64,000 nucleotides of DNA, taken from Actinomycetes bacterium. Lineage in GTDB: Bacteria > Actinomycetota > Actinomycetes > S36-B12 > UBA5976. A program made the position numbers and the translations under genes. The stretch spans positions 7,450 to 71,449 of the forward strand of contig JASJMK010000058.1 in NCBI GenBank assembly GCA_037619625.1. Reading direction: 5' to 3'. Under the pieces are notes generated by a model, which saw nothing but the letters and a program-made list of their open reading frames with translations, made no database searches and was not told the origin of the DNA. Of this stretch, positions 10,099 through 21,822 are shown in pieces. Numbering within the stretch: the stretch's first letter is position 1; each line of letters begins with the position of its first letter.

Positions 10099-10170
10099 TC
10101 CCGGATCGTCTAATGGCAGGACAGCACTCTTTGGAGGTGCTTATCGTGGTTCGAATCCACGTCCGGGAGC
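10099..10170 (+). tRNA. tRNA-Gln (anticodon UUG); CCA not encoded
   Basis: Manual cloverleaf: acceptor TCCCGGA/TCCGGGA, D arm GTCT-AATGGCA-GGAC, anticodon stem GCACT/GGTGC, loop CTTTGGA, T arm CGTGG-TTCGAAT-CCACG. Confidence 0.9.
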
Positions 10171-10195
10171 CGAATCAGATCAGTAAACTGGGTCT

Positions 10196-11659
10196 GTGAA
10201 CAAAACGGGCGCATCGACTTCTCCGCCCACAGCAGTTATTGTCTTAGCCGCTGGGGCTGGCACCAGAATGAAATCCACAAAACCAAAGGTGTTGCACGAA
10301 GTCGCCGGCATGACACTAATTGATCACGTACTGCACGCTGCGGCCCCACTTTCCAGCGCGAATACCCTCGTAGTTGTTGGCCACGGTAAAGAACAAGTGC
10401 TGCCGCATTTAACGCAGGTTCATCCGCAGGTGGCTACAGTCGTACAAGAGCAACAAAATGGGACGGGCCACGCGGCAGGTATTGCGCTGCAACTCTTGGC
10501 TCACGCTTCCGGTCCAGTCCTGATTCTTGCGGGTGATACTCCGCTGTTGACCACCAGTGACATGCAGCGCACACTTGCTGGCCTGGCAGAAAATGCTGCG
10601 GTCGTACTTACTGCTCACTTAAGCCAACCAGCTGGATACGGCCGAATAGTTCGCAGTGCATCAGGCGGCGTGGAGGCAATTATTGAAGATCGCGATGCAA
10701 CTGATGCTCAGCGCGAAATCACGGAAGTAAATTCTGGAGTGTATGCATTCGATGCGCAGCTTCTTAGAAGCGCATTAGCTAACTTAAAAACGGATAATTC
10801 CCAGGGCGAACAGTATTTAACCGACGTACTTAGTATTTTGCGCAGCCAAGGTCACAGCGTGGCAGCAACAGTAACTTCGCAAGAAAATATTTTAGGCGTG
10901 AATGACCGCCGCCAACTTGCGGCAGCAGGCGCAATTCTGCGCACTCGAATCTGTGATGAATGGATGCTTGCTGGCGTTTCAATGGTTGATCCAACAACGG
11001 TTTGGATCGATCGCACGGCAGAGCTTGAACCAGATGTAACGCTTTTACCAAACGTGGCGATAACTGGAAAAAGTGTAATTCGTGGTGGCGCAACTATTGG
11101 TCCCGACTGCACTTTGCACGACACCGTTGCCGAACATCGCGCAACAGTAACCCGAACAACTTCCATCGGCGCAATTATTGGTGAAGGCGCCACTGTTGGT
11201 CCATACACATACTTACGTCCAGGAACCGTACTTGGCTCGGGCGCTAAAGCTGGCGGCTTTGTGGAAATGAAAAACGCAACGTTAGGCAAAAACGCAAAAG
11301 TTCCGCACCTGTCTTATGTCGGAGATGCCACGATCGGGGAAGGCACCAACATTGGTGCTGCAACGGTTTTTGTAAATTATGACGGCCAAGAAAAGCACCA
11401 CACCACAGTTGGTAACCAAGTAAGAATTGGCAGCGACACAATGTTGGTTGCTCCGTTAGTTATCGGTGATGGCGCGTACACCGCTGCTGGCTCAGTAATT
11501 ACCCAGGATGTGCCCGCCGGAGCAATGGCCGTTGGTCGAGCGCGGCAAAGCAACATCCTGGATTGGGTGCTTCGACGTCGACCCGGTAGCGACTCAGCCA
11601 AGGCAGCACTGGCAGACTCATCCCATAAGAACATCAAGTCCAAAAAGAACACTGAGTAA
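10196..11659 (+). CDS. glmU: Bifunctional UDP-N-acetylglucosamine diphosphorylase / glucosamine-1-phosphate N-acetyltransferase
   Basis: 487 aa; N-terminal nucleotidyltransferase motif LAAGAGTRMKS; C-terminal hexapeptide-repeat (left-handed beta-helix) region. glmU-prs order as in Mtb Rv1018c/Rv1017c. Confidence 0.95.
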   Translation: MNKTGASTSPPTAVIVLAAGAGTRMKSTKPKVLHEVAGMTLIDHVLHAAAPLSSANTLVVVGHGKEQVLPHLTQVHPQVATVVQEQQNGTGHAAGIALQLLAHASGPVLILAGDTPLLTTSDMQRTLAGLAENAAVVLTAHLSQPAGYGRIVRSASGGVEAIIEDRDATDAQREITEVNSGVYAFDAQLLRSALANLKTDNSQGEQYLTDVLSILRSQGHSVAATVTSQENILGVNDRRQLAAAGAILRTRICDEWMLAGVSMVDPTTVWIDRTAELEPDVTLLPNVAITGKSVIRGGATIGPDCTLHDTVAEHRATVTRTTSIGAIIGEGATVGPYTYLRPGTVLGSGAKAGGFVEMKNATLGKNAKVPHLSYVGDATIGEGTNIGAATVFVNYDGQEKHHTTVGNQVRIGSDTMLVAPLVIGDGAYTAAGSVITQDVPAGAMAVGRARQSNILDWVLRRRPGSDSAKAALADSSHKNIKSKKNTE

Positions 11660-11670
11660 AGGACAAATAG

Positions 11671-12651
11671 ATGACTGGAATCACGCAAAACAATGCAAAG
11701 CGAATGGTTCTCATCGCAGGCCGGTCACACCCAGAATTAGCGCAAGCCGTAGCTGACAACTTAGGAACTGAGTTAGTTCCAACTCGCGCATATAACTTTG
11801 CAAATGGCGAAATCTTTGTTCGCTTCGAAGAATCCATTCGCGGTTGTGATGTTTTTGTACTTCAAACACACACAGCTCCAGTTAATGAATGGATTATGGA
11901 GCATCTGCTCATGGTCGATGCTTTAAAGCGAGCATCTGCAAAACGAATCACGGTAGTAGCTCCGTTTTACGGATACGCACGCCAAGATAAAAAGCATGCT
12001 GGCCGCGAGCCAATTTCTGCTCGCTTAATGGCTGACCTGTTCGCAACTGCTGGCGCAGATCGCTTGATGAGCGTTGACTTGCATACTGCGCAAATTCAAG
12101 GATTCTTTGACGGACCTGTTGATCACTTATTCGCGCTACCAATTTTGGCTGCGCATGTTGGCCGCACTGTGGATCGCAGCAAAATCACAGTGATCTCACC
12201 AGATGCTGGTCGGGTGCGAGTTGCCGAACGTTGGACTGACATATTGGGCGCGCCACTTGCGATCATTCATAAGCGTCGTGATCCAGATGTTCCAAATGAA
12301 GCAAAAGTACTGGAAGTTGTTGGCGATGTTAAGGATCGAATCTGTGTCGTAGTCGATGACATGATCGATACCGGTGGAACCATCGTTAAGGCATCAGAGG
12401 CATTGTTTGAGAATGGCGCAGCAGATGTAATAGTCACGGCTACTCATGGTGTGCTTTCACCGCCGGCATCACAACGCTTACAGGATTCGCGAATTCGCGA
12501 GGTAGTAGTAACTGATACTTTGCCAATTCCGCAAGAAAATAGATTCAGCAATTTAACCGTGCTACCAATCGCTCCACTAATTGCTCGGGCCATTAAAGAG
12601 GTCTTTGACGAGGGCTCAGTGGCCAGCTTGTTCGATCATGTCGGGGTTTAA
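11671..12651 (+). CDS. prs: Ribose-phosphate diphosphokinase (PRPP synthetase)
   Basis: 326 aa; motifs RQDKK, DLHTAQIQGFF, VVDDMIDTGGT. Confidence 0.96.
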   Translation: MTGITQNNAKRMVLIAGRSHPELAQAVADNLGTELVPTRAYNFANGEIFVRFEESIRGCDVFVLQTHTAPVNEWIMEHLLMVDALKRASAKRITVVAPFYGYARQDKKHAGREPISARLMADLFATAGADRLMSVDLHTAQIQGFFDGPVDHLFALPILAAHVGRTVDRSKITVISPDAGRVRVAERWTDILGAPLAIIHKRRDPDVPNEAKVLEVVGDVKDRICVVVDDMIDTGGTIVKASEALFENGAADVIVTATHGVLSPPASQRLQDSRIREVVVTDTLPIPQENRFSNLTVLPIAPLIARAIKEVFDEGSVASLFDHVGV

Positions 12652-12794
12652 CGCATAATTTAGCGCTCGTTTTGGCGTGGACCCAGATCCTGGGTTAATC
12701 TAGGGATGCTCCTCGGCGAGGGCCCTAAAAAGCCGTAATCGACGAAGGTCCGTTGCGGAGCCATCCAGCACTGACCTAGTTCGAGGAGAAATAC

Positions 12795-13259
12795 ATGACT
12801 GAGGCATTAATCGCCGAAACCCGTTCTGATTTTGGCAAAGGCGCTGCCCGTCGAATGCGACGCGACGGCAAAGTTCCAGCTGTGGTTTATGGCCACGGAT
12901 CCACACCTATCCACATCTCACTTGATGCGCACCTATTGCGTTTAACTCTTCGCAAAAAAGTTACTTCAATTGAAATCGTGCTTGCCGGAAAAACTGAAAC
13001 AGTAGCACCACGCGACCTTCAAATTGATCCAGTTACTCGTGGAATTGAACACGTGGATTTGGTTTATGTAACCGCAGCAGAAGCAGCAACACTTGCTCGT
13101 GAAGCAATTGTCGAGCATGCTCGTCAAGAAGAATCAGCAGCAGCAGCTATCGCCCATGCTGAGACTAAGGCTGCAGCTCGCGCCGAAGCAGAAGAATCTG
13201 CAGCAGCCGAAGTAGTCGCTGCTGGTGGCGCGGCACCTGCAGGGGAATCTGCAGAGTAA
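12795..13259 (+). CDS. rplY: 50S ribosomal protein L25/general stress protein Ctc
   Basis: 154 aa; N-terminal RSDFGKGAARRMRRDGKVPAVVYGHG; Ala/Glu-rich C-terminal tail. Confidence 0.9.
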   Translation: MTEALIAETRSDFGKGAARRMRRDGKVPAVVYGHGSTPIHISLDAHLLRLTLRKKVTSIEIVLAGKTETVAPRDLQIDPVTRGIEHVDLVYVTAAEAATLAREAIVEHARQEESAAAAIAHAETKAAARAEAEESAAAEVVAAGGAAPAGESAE

Positions 13260-13263
13260 AACC

Positions 13264-13842
13264 GTGTCAGATAGCGGTGCGTGGCTTGTTGTGGGACTCG
13301 GTAATCCGGGTCCCACTTACGCAGCCACACGTCACAATATCGGGGCGATGGTCATAGATTCAATCGCCGCACAAAATTCTCAAAAACTTTCGCGTCACAA
13401 ACGGGCTTTAGCTGATGTTTGCGAAACTCGAATTGCGGGAATTCAAACAATATTAGTTAAGCCACTTTCGTATATGAATGAATCGGGCGGGCCAGTAAAA
13501 GCGCTAGCAAGTTTTTATAAAATCCCACTCGAGCAAATAATCGTGCTACATGACGAACTCGATATCCCACTAGGTGCAATTCGCGTGAAACTTGGTGGTG
13601 GCGACAATGGGCACAATGGACTGAAATCAATTCGAAGTTCACTTGGAACTGGCGATTGGTTTCGAATTCGATTGGGTATTGGTCGCCCACCCGGTCAGCA
13701 AGATGCAGCAGATTTTGTGTTACGAAGTTTTGGTAGTGCTGAAGCAACCGAAGTTTCGTTATTGATCTCGCAAAGTAGCGAAGCGCTTACCAGTTTGCTG
13801 ACACAGGGTCTGGATGCAGCCCAGAATTCCTATAACTCATGA
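13264..13842 (+). CDS. pth: Peptidyl-tRNA hydrolase
   Basis: In-frame GTG 13264 chosen, just after the rplY stop (ORF track starts at 13225). Motifs WLVVGLGNPGPTYAATRHNIG, HDELD, GGDNGHNGLKS. Confidence 0.93.
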   Translation: MSDSGAWLVVGLGNPGPTYAATRHNIGAMVIDSIAAQNSQKLSRHKRALADVCETRIAGIQTILVKPLSYMNESGGPVKALASFYKIPLEQIIVLHDELDIPLGAIRVKLGGGDNGHNGLKSIRSSLGTGDWFRIRLGIGRPPGQQDAADFVLRSFGSAEATEVSLLISQSSEALTSLLTQGLDAAQNSYNS

Positions 13843-14681
13843 ACGATCATGAATTAGCCCGAAAGTTGGCACGGGAAACTGGCGCATTGCTTATTGGGTT
13901 ACGGGAGCACGCCAAAACTTTTAATTTGGATCCGAACAGATCTCAATCTTCATTGCCCGAGGAATCTGCAGGCAGCAATTTAGATAATTATTTGGGCGAA
14001 GTGCTGGGCAATGAAGGTGATCAAGTTGCGCACGATTACTTAATGGAACAATTTTCGCTTCATCGCCCAGAAGATGTTGTGCTCAGCGAAGAAGGAGACT
14101 TAGACGTTGATCGCTTAGGAGCCAGTCGAGTTTGGATCATAGACCCGTTGGATGGAACTGCGCAGTACTCAACTGGCGGAACTGATTTCGCAGTACATGT
14201 GGCACTTTGGGAGGCAAGTTCCAAAAATCCCAGCAAAATTAGTGTGGCTAGCGTCGCAGTCCCGGCGCGCAATGAACTTTGGTCTATGGATGAACCAGTT
14301 CAAAGCTACTTACCAAAAGGTGAGCCAATTCGGATTCTAGTTTCGCGAAGTCGACCACCTCGTGACGTTGCATCGATTGCGAGCGCACTTCAGGAGAAAT
14401 TTCCGGAACGCGGTGAGGTGCAAATTGTGCCAATGGGTTCCGTTGGCGCAAAAGTTGGCGCGATCTTATCGGGGGCAGCAGATGTGTATTTCAATTCGGA
14501 TGGTTTCTTTGAATGGGATTTAGCAGCCCCACTTGGAATTGCCTGCCATAACGGATTGTCGGTTACTGATTGTGATGGAAGCGAAATCGAATTAAATAAA
14601 ATCAATCTTCGGGTGAAGGATATTTTGATTTGTCGCCCAGAATTAACAGAGACGATAGTGTCAGCACTGAAACCACGATGA
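13839..14681 (+). CDS. Inositol monophosphatase-family phosphatase (CysQ/SuhB-like 3'(2'),5'-bisphosphate nucleotidase or IMPase)
   Basis: 280 aa; metal-site motifs VLSEEG, WIIDPLDGT, FEWDLAAP. ATGA overlap with the pth stop. Confidence 0.8.
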   Translation: MNDHELARKLARETGALLIGLREHAKTFNLDPNRSQSSLPEESAGSNLDNYLGEVLGNEGDQVAHDYLMEQFSLHRPEDVVLSEEGDLDVDRLGASRVWIIDPLDGTAQYSTGGTDFAVHVALWEASSKNPSKISVASVAVPARNELWSMDEPVQSYLPKGEPIRILVSRSRPPRDVASIASALQEKFPERGEVQIVPMGSVGAKVGAILSGAADVYFNSDGFFEWDLAAPLGIACHNGLSVTDCDGSEIELNKINLRVKDILICRPELTETIVSALKPR

Positions 14682-17600
14682 CTCTAGATTTAGTAATCAA
14701 GGCGATAAGAACCGATGAAGTAATTTCTGGCGCCATCCAAGACTTAGCGGCTGGAGCGAATTCCAGAATTGCATTGCCTAAGGGCGCGATTCCGTATGTT
14801 GCAGGAGTAGTTGCGCAAAGTAAGCCAGTAGTCCTCATTACTGCTACTGAACGAGCTGCCCAAGATATAGCGAGTTCCCTACGCGACTTCATAACAGAAT
14901 CAGACATTGCGGTATTTCCAGCTTGGGAAACTTTGCCACATGAACGCTTAAGTCCCAGCAGCGACACAGTAGGTCGTCGAATGGCGGTATTGCGCCGGCT
15001 TGCCCACCCCGAAGACCTAGGCCCAATTCGCGTTTTAGTAACTAGTGCTCGGGCATTTATCCAACCGATAGTTGCCGACTTAGGTGAAATTCCCGCGCTA
15101 AAAATAACTGCGGGCGAAACTCTTGAGCTGGAACAGTTAGTTACCGAGTTGGCAAGACTTGGGTTTGAGCGCGTTGAATTAGTTGATCGCCGTGGTCAAT
15201 TTGCGGTGCGCGGTGGGATAGTTGACGTTTTCCCACCAGCGGAGGAACACCCACTTCGTGTTGAATTTTGGGGTGACACAGTTGAGGAAATTCGGGCTTT
15301 TTCGATTGTGGACCAACGCTCTACGGGAGTTGAAGTAACCAGCATCTTGGCAACCGCCTGCCGAGAGCTTTTGATAACTGAGCAAGTTGCAGACCGCGCG
15401 AGCAAATTAGCGCTGCAACACCCAGAACTTTCCGAAATGTTAGAAAAGATTGCGGCTGGTATTGCCGCTGAAGGTATGGAGAGTTTAATTCCGGCACTAG
15501 TTCCAAAACTTGAAATGCTAATTGATTTAGTTGACCCACAAGCGATCGTGATTGAAGTTGAGCCAGAACGACTGGAAACACGAACCCACGAATTAGTTGC
15601 AACAAGCGCAGAATTTTTGGAAGCATCGTGGAGTAACGCCACAGCAGGAAATGTTACGCCAATAGATCTTGGGGCAAGTGCTTTTCGAGATTACCGAGAA
15701 CTGAAGGATGAATATTCCACCCGAGCATGGTTAGAGCTTTCAGTTCTCTCGGGTCCGCAAGATGAAATTCCAAATCTGGAAGTAATAAAAGAATATCGCT
15801 CCAACATAACGCAGTTTGCGGAAGATATTAAAACTTGGTGGAAACAAAAACATAACGTGGTTGTCGTCATGGCGGGTCATGGTTCAACCCAACGATTAGT
15901 CGAAACTTTAATGGAAATTGGAATCCCAGCTCGACAAACTGATCAACTCTCAGCAGAACTAAATCATGATGTTGTTGAAGTAACGGTTGGTCACCAGGAT
16001 CGGGGCATTCATATTCAAGGTGCTGGCCTTGTCGTGGTTACCGAAGTTGATTTATTCGGAAGTCGTGACACGGCTCGCGAAAATCGCAGCTTACCAAGTA
16101 AGCGTCGCGCAGTAATTGATCCACTTACTTTAAAAAGTGGTGACTACATCGTGCACGAGCAACATGGTGTTGGCAAGTACATCGAGATGTCGCAACGAAC
16201 TGTTGCAACTGCAACCCGCGAGTATTTAGTCATTGAGTATGCCGCCAGTAAGCGTGGGCAACGCGGGGATCGACTTTATGTCCCAAGTGACCAACTAGAT
16301 CTGGTTACGCGTTATGTCGGTGGGGAAGCTCCGAGCTTGAACCGTCTTGGTGGCGGTGATTGGGCTGCTACAAAATCGCGGGCTCGACGTGCAGTCCGGC
16401 AAATCGCAGGCGAATTAATTCGACTTTATGCAGCGCGCATGGCGAGTAAAGGTTTCGCTTTTTCACCAGATAGCCCTTGGCAGCGAGAACTTGAAGATGC
16501 TTTTGAATACCTGGAAACTCCAGATCAGTTGGTGACAATTGATGAAGTAAAGCGTGACATGGAAAATGACGTTCCAATGGATCGTTTAGTTTGTGGTGAC
16601 GTTGGTTATGGCAAAACAGAAATCGCAGTACGTGCAGCATTTAAGGCAGTGCAAGACGGTAAACAAGTAGCCATTTTGGTACCAACCACGTTATTGGTGC
16701 AGCAACACTTTGAAACGTTTTCACGCCGGTATGCACAATTTCCGGTAAAACTTGCAGCGCTTTCTAGGTTTCAAAGCGATGCCCAAGTTCGCGAGGTAAT
16801 TACAGGAATTACGGATGGCACTATCGACATTGTGATTGGTACTCACCGCTTGTTTAACCCCGAAGTTAGATTTAAAGATCTTGGGCTGGTAATTGTTGAT
16901 GAAGAGCAAAGATTTGGTGTTGAACATAAAGAGCACTTGAAAGCTTTACGCACAAATGTTGACATGTTAACTATGTCTGCAACTCCGATCCCACGTACGC
17001 TCGAAATGGCAGTAACGGGTTTGCGTGAAATGTCTACTATTCAGACGCCACCAGAAGAGCGTCAACCAGTCCTAACGACGGTAGGACCGTATGATGAAAA
17101 ATTCATTAAGGCAGCTATTCACCGGGAATTGATGCGTGATGGCCAAGTTTTCTTTGTCCACAATCGAGTGGAGAGCATAAATAGAGTTGCCAGCAAATTG
17201 GCAGAACTTGTGCCAGATGCCCGAATTGCGGTGGCCCATGGCCAAATGAATGAACATACTTTGGAGCAAATAATTGTTGATTTCTGGGAGCATAAGTTCG
17301 ATATTTTGGTTTCCACCACAATTATTGAAAGTGGCTTAGATATTCCAAATGCAAATACTTTGATAGTTGATCGGGCAGATACTTTTGGCTTATCTCAACT
17401 TCATCAACTTCGCGGGCGAGTAGGTCGTAGTCGGGAGCGAGGTTATGCCTATTTCTTGTATGCCCCCGATCGACCACTAAGTGAAAATGCTAATGATCGG
17501 CTAGCAACTATTGCCGCACACACAGACTTGGGTTCAGGTATGGCTGTTGCCATGAAAGATCTTGAGATTCGTGGCGCCGGAAATTTATTGGGTGGCGAAC

Positions 17601-18160
17601 AAAGCGGACACATCGCTGATGTTGGATTCGATCTATATGTGCGCTTAGTTAGTGAAGCAGTTGAAGAAGTTAGAACTGGTAGTGAAGTCGTTATTGATGA
17701 GGTAATCAAGGTTGAATTACCAGTTGATGCCCACTTGCCGCATGACTATGTTCCAGAAGAGCGACTTCGACTCGAGGCTTATCGCCGTCTTGCCAATGCA
17801 CGTACTGAAGCCGAAGTTCTTGGCGTAGTCGAAGAGTTGGCCGATCGCTATGGTTCGCTGCCAACCCCGGTTGAAACATTGGTTTCAATTGCAAGTCTGC
17901 GCGTCGTCCTGCAAGCAGTTGGGATAACTGAAGTTATTGCCACTGCTGCCAGTGTTAAGTTTTCGCCAGTTGAATTAGTGGAGTCGCGGATTTTGCGACT
18001 TAACCGGCTCTACCCAGGATCAGTAATTAAACCAGCAACACGTACGATTGTGGTGCCTCGCACTAAAGATTCGTTAATTGGCGCAGTGGCTAAATCAGCG
18101 GATATCGACCTGGTGGAATGGGTCAATACTTGGGTGGCGTCAATTGTTGCGGCGCCATAA
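14678..18160 (+). CDS. mfd: Transcription-repair coupling factor
   Basis: ATG 14678 makes an ATGA overlap with the upstream stop (ORF track starts at 14630). ~1160 aa; SF2 helicase motifs GDVGYGKTE and DEEQRFG, plus a CarD/TRCF-type RNAP-interaction segment (GDYIVHEQHGVGKY). Confidence 0.96.
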   Translation: MTLDLVIKAIRTDEVISGAIQDLAAGANSRIALPKGAIPYVAGVVAQSKPVVLITATERAAQDIASSLRDFITESDIAVFPAWETLPHERLSPSSDTVGRRMAVLRRLAHPEDLGPIRVLVTSARAFIQPIVADLGEIPALKITAGETLELEQLVTELARLGFERVELVDRRGQFAVRGGIVDVFPPAEEHPLRVEFWGDTVEEIRAFSIVDQRSTGVEVTSILATACRELLITEQVADRASKLALQHPELSEMLEKIAAGIAAEGMESLIPALVPKLEMLIDLVDPQAIVIEVEPERLETRTHELVATSAEFLEASWSNATAGNVTPIDLGASAFRDYRELKDEYSTRAWLELSVLSGPQDEIPNLEVIKEYRSNITQFAEDIKTWWKQKHNVVVVMAGHGSTQRLVETLMEIGIPARQTDQLSAELNHDVVEVTVGHQDRGIHIQGAGLVVVTEVDLFGSRDTARENRSLPSKRRAVIDPLTLKSGDYIVHEQHGVGKYIEMSQRTVATATREYLVIEYAASKRGQRGDRLYVPSDQLDLVTRYVGGEAPSLNRLGGGDWAATKSRARRAVRQIAGELIRLYAARMASKGFAFSPDSPWQRELEDAFEYLETPDQLVTIDEVKRDMENDVPMDRLVCGDVGYGKTEIAVRAAFKAVQDGKQVAILVPTTLLVQQHFETFSRRYAQFPVKLAALSRFQSDAQVREVITGITDGTIDIVIGTHRLFNPEVRFKDLGLVIVDEEQRFGVEHKEHLKALRTNVDMLTMSATPIPRTLEMAVTGLREMSTIQTPPEERQPVLTTVGPYDEKFIKAAIHRELMRDGQVFFVHNRVESINRVASKLAELVPDARIAVAHGQMNEHTLEQIIVDFWEHKFDILVSTTIIESGLDIPNANTLIVDRADTFGLSQLHQLRGRVGRSRERGYAYFLYAPDRPLSENANDRLATIAAHTDLGSGMAVAMKDLEIRGAGNLLGGEQSGHIADVGFDLYVRLVSEAVEEVRTGSEVVIDEVIKVELPVDAHLPHDYVPEERLRLEAYRRLANARTEAEVLGVVEELADRYGSLPTPVETLVSIASLRVVLQAVGITEVIATAASVKFSPVELVESRILRLNRLYPGSVIKPATRTIVVPRTKDSLIGAVAKSADIDLVEWVNTWVASIVAAP

Positions 18161-18195
18161 TAAAATTAAGTGATTTGTTCTCGAGAGGAATACCA

Positions 18196-18819
18196 GTGAA
18201 GCTTCGATTACTAGCAGTTATTGTCCTGAGCTCGGCTGTATTAACTGCCTGCTCGGACACCCCAAAGCTGGCTGGCAGCGCAGTAATCGTCAATGGCAAT
18301 GCCATTACTTCAGCAGAAGTTTCCGAGCGCGTTGATAAAGTGCGCATCCAGATTCAAAACACCGACCCAGCGTTACTGCAGGAAATTCCAAGTTTGATTC
18401 AGATTAATCAGCGAGTAGTTGACCACTTCATTTTAGTTTCATTAATTAGCGAATTTGTCGAGCGAGAAGGAATCAACATCACCGCAAATGATGTTGAAAA
18501 ATATCGAGACGAGATTTTCGCGCAGTACACCCAGGCCGCCATTGAAGCTCAGCTAGTTAGTCGAAATGCAGTTCCAGCAGATGATGTCGACGGATTCATG
18601 TATGAGATTTTGACGCAGCGTGCACTTATGGAAAAAATAGCGCCCGATGGTGATACTCAAACTCGAACTAATGCCTTAATTAATTACGTCTCGAATTTAA
18701 GTCAAGAAATTGGCGTAGAAATTAATCCCAGGTTTGGTACGTGGGATCCAAGCAACCTCAAGAGCACTCCAGGCGATAGTACTTTGGCGGTACCACTTCA
18801 AAATTTACTTGGTCAATAA
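18196..18819 (+). CDS. Lipoprotein with SurA N-terminal-like chaperone domain
   Basis: GTG 18196 preceded by GAGAGGA. Signal peptide with lipobox VLTAC. Family call is weak; the gene itself is well supported by length and context. Confidence 0.6.
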   Translation: MKLRLLAVIVLSSAVLTACSDTPKLAGSAVIVNGNAITSAEVSERVDKVRIQIQNTDPALLQEIPSLIQINQRVVDHFILVSLISEFVEREGINITANDVEKYRDEIFAQYTQAAIEAQLVSRNAVPADDVDGFMYEILTQRALMEKIAPDGDTQTRTNALINYVSNLSQEIGVEINPRFGTWDPSNLKSTPGDSTLAVPLQNLLGQ

Positions 18820-18822
18820 CTA

Positions 18823-19476
18823 ATGACCTCGCCCGTTGATCAGTTAGTTCAGGTCATGGATCAACTTCGCAGTCCAGGTGGATGTCCTTGGGATGCCGAG
18901 CAAACGCACGAGAGCTTAGCTCGCTACCTACTTGAAGAAACTTACGAGGCACTAGAAGCAATGGACCAAGGTGACTTGGGTTCCCTTCGCGAAGAGCTTG
19001 GGGACTTGCTACTTCAAGTTGTATTTCATGCCCGAATTGCGCAGGAACGCGATCCCGATTTTTCCCTTGCTGCCATAGCGCAAGGGGTAGTAGATAAATT
19101 GATTCGTCGTCATCCACATGTGTTCACAGATTTAGTTGTTACTTCCACTGAACAACTTGAAGATAACTGGGCCAAAATAAAAGAAACTGAAAAACAGCGC
19201 GAATCCGTAACTGATGGGGTACCTATCGCAATGCCTGCACTGGCGCTTGCAACCCAATTGATCTATCGTTCGAGAAAAATTGACGCGGATGCAGGTGATC
19301 CTGCAATGAAGGAAGCACTGCGAAAAATCATTGGCGAAGTTTCCCAAGATCAAGTGGCTGCTTTGTTAGTTGCAACAGTTGAGTTAGCCCGTGAGCGTGA
19401 TATTGATGCGGAATCTGTGCTGCGCGCTGAAATGATGGGCTACCGCGCGCGGGTCAGGCAAGTTGAAGGCTTGTAG
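18823..19476 (+). CDS. mazG: Nucleoside triphosphate pyrophosphohydrolase MazG
   Basis: 217 aa; GGCPWDAEQTHESL...EETYE...EELGDLLLQVVFHA (EExxE MazG motif). mfd-mazG-eno order as in Mtb Rv1020-Rv1023. Confidence 0.9.
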   Translation: MTSPVDQLVQVMDQLRSPGGCPWDAEQTHESLARYLLEETYEALEAMDQGDLGSLREELGDLLLQVVFHARIAQERDPDFSLAAIAQGVVDKLIRRHPHVFTDLVVTSTEQLEDNWAKIKETEKQRESVTDGVPIAMPALALATQLIYRSRKIDADAGDPAMKEALRKIIGEVSQDQVAALLVATVELARERDIDAESVLRAEMMGYRARVRQVEGL

Positions 19477-19522
19477 TTACGAGTCCTGCTGGGCTGGGTA
19501 ACTCGCTGGCTAGACTAGATAA

Positions 19523-20848
<1,326 letters not shown>

Positions 20849-20866
20849 TCAAGGCACAATTAAGGT

Positions 20867-21310
20867 GTGGCTGCGTCTCCAAGAGTTTCCCCCCGAGTAA
20901 ACGTTCGAGTCATTGCACTTGTACTTGCTGGGGTATTTGTCATGTTGACATTAGCTGTTCCACTTCGCGCGCTAATCCAGGAGCGCCGTGAGATTAAAGT
21001 CCTCGAAGAACAAGTCTTAGCAAAACAACTAACAATTGAGGATCTCAATAATCGCCAAGCCCGCCTTGCCGACCCGGCTTATCTTCAGGCACTAGCAAGG
21101 GAGCGACTGAATTATGTTTTCCCAGGCGAAATTGGTTTTGTAATTTTGGACGAAGAAACTAACACGGCTATTACTAGCGTTTCGGGTGCATTAGTTCCCA
21201 ATAATGATGAGGCTTGGTACACCAAATTGTGGACCAGCACCAAGCTAGCGGATCAACCGCGAATAGCTAATGATCCGTTGGTTGTGCCATCTGACGATAT
21301 GCCACAGTAG
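20867..21310 (+). CDS. Septum formation initiator family protein (FtsB/DivIC-like)
   Basis: 147 aa; one TM helix followed by a coiled coil (IKVLEEQVLAKQLTIEDLNNRQARLADPAYLQALARERLNYVFPGE). Follows eno as does Mtb Rv1024. Confidence 0.85.
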   Translation: MAASPRVSPRVNVRVIALVLAGVFVMLTLAVPLRALIQERREIKVLEEQVLAKQLTIEDLNNRQARLADPAYLQALARERLNYVFPGEIGFVILDEETNTAITSVSGALVPNNDEAWYTKLWTSTKLADQPRIANDPLVVPSDDMPQ

Positions 21311-21822
21311 TGAGCGAACTTTCACCGGCTGATTTCGCAGCAGTTACTGTCCAACTTGGTCGTGAACCAAGAAGCGTTATTGAAGTTGCCCATCGATGCA
21401 CTTGTGGGCAACCTGATGTTCTAAAGACTGCGCCACGTTTAGATGATGGCACGCCATTTCCAACCCTGTATTACATGACCTGTCCTAAAGCCACCGGTGC
21501 AATTGGCACACTGGAAGCCAATGGCGTGATGAATGAACTTGCTGATGCACTAGCAGCAGATCCAGAGTTAGCAAAAAGTTACGAGCATGCCCACGAAATA
21601 TATTTGCAAGAACGGGAAGCGATTGAGCACGTTGCGGAAATTGCTGGAATAAGCGCGGGAGGTATGCCTACCCGAGTTAAGTGTCTACATGTTTTGATAG
21701 GTCATGCGCTAGCTGCTGGCCCCGGCGTAAATCCACTTGGTGATCGCGCCCTAGCTATGCTCAAGGACTGGGGTCAAACCGGACCATGTGGAGGTGATGA
21801 TCGTGCGAGTAGCGGCAATTGA
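21310..21822 (+). CDS. DUF501 domain protein (Rv1025-like)
   Basis: 170 aa; CTCGQPDVLKTAPRLDDGTPFPTLYYMTCP motif; conserved position between ftsB-like and ppx. Confidence 0.8.
   Translation: MSELSPADFAAVTVQLGREPRSVIEVAHRCTCGQPDVLKTAPRLDDGTPFPTLYYMTCPKATGAIGTLEANGVMNELADALAADPELAKSYEHAHEIYLQEREAIEHVAEIAGISAGGMPTRVKCLHVLIGHALAAGPGVNPLGDRALAMLKDWGQTGPCGGDDRASSGN

Noticed and set aside
12652-12794. Possible leader RNA upstream of rplY (short hairpin ACCCAG-ATC-CTGGGT)
   Set aside because: Only one short hairpin and no terminator or recognisable motif. Insufficient evidence to call a regulatory RNA.
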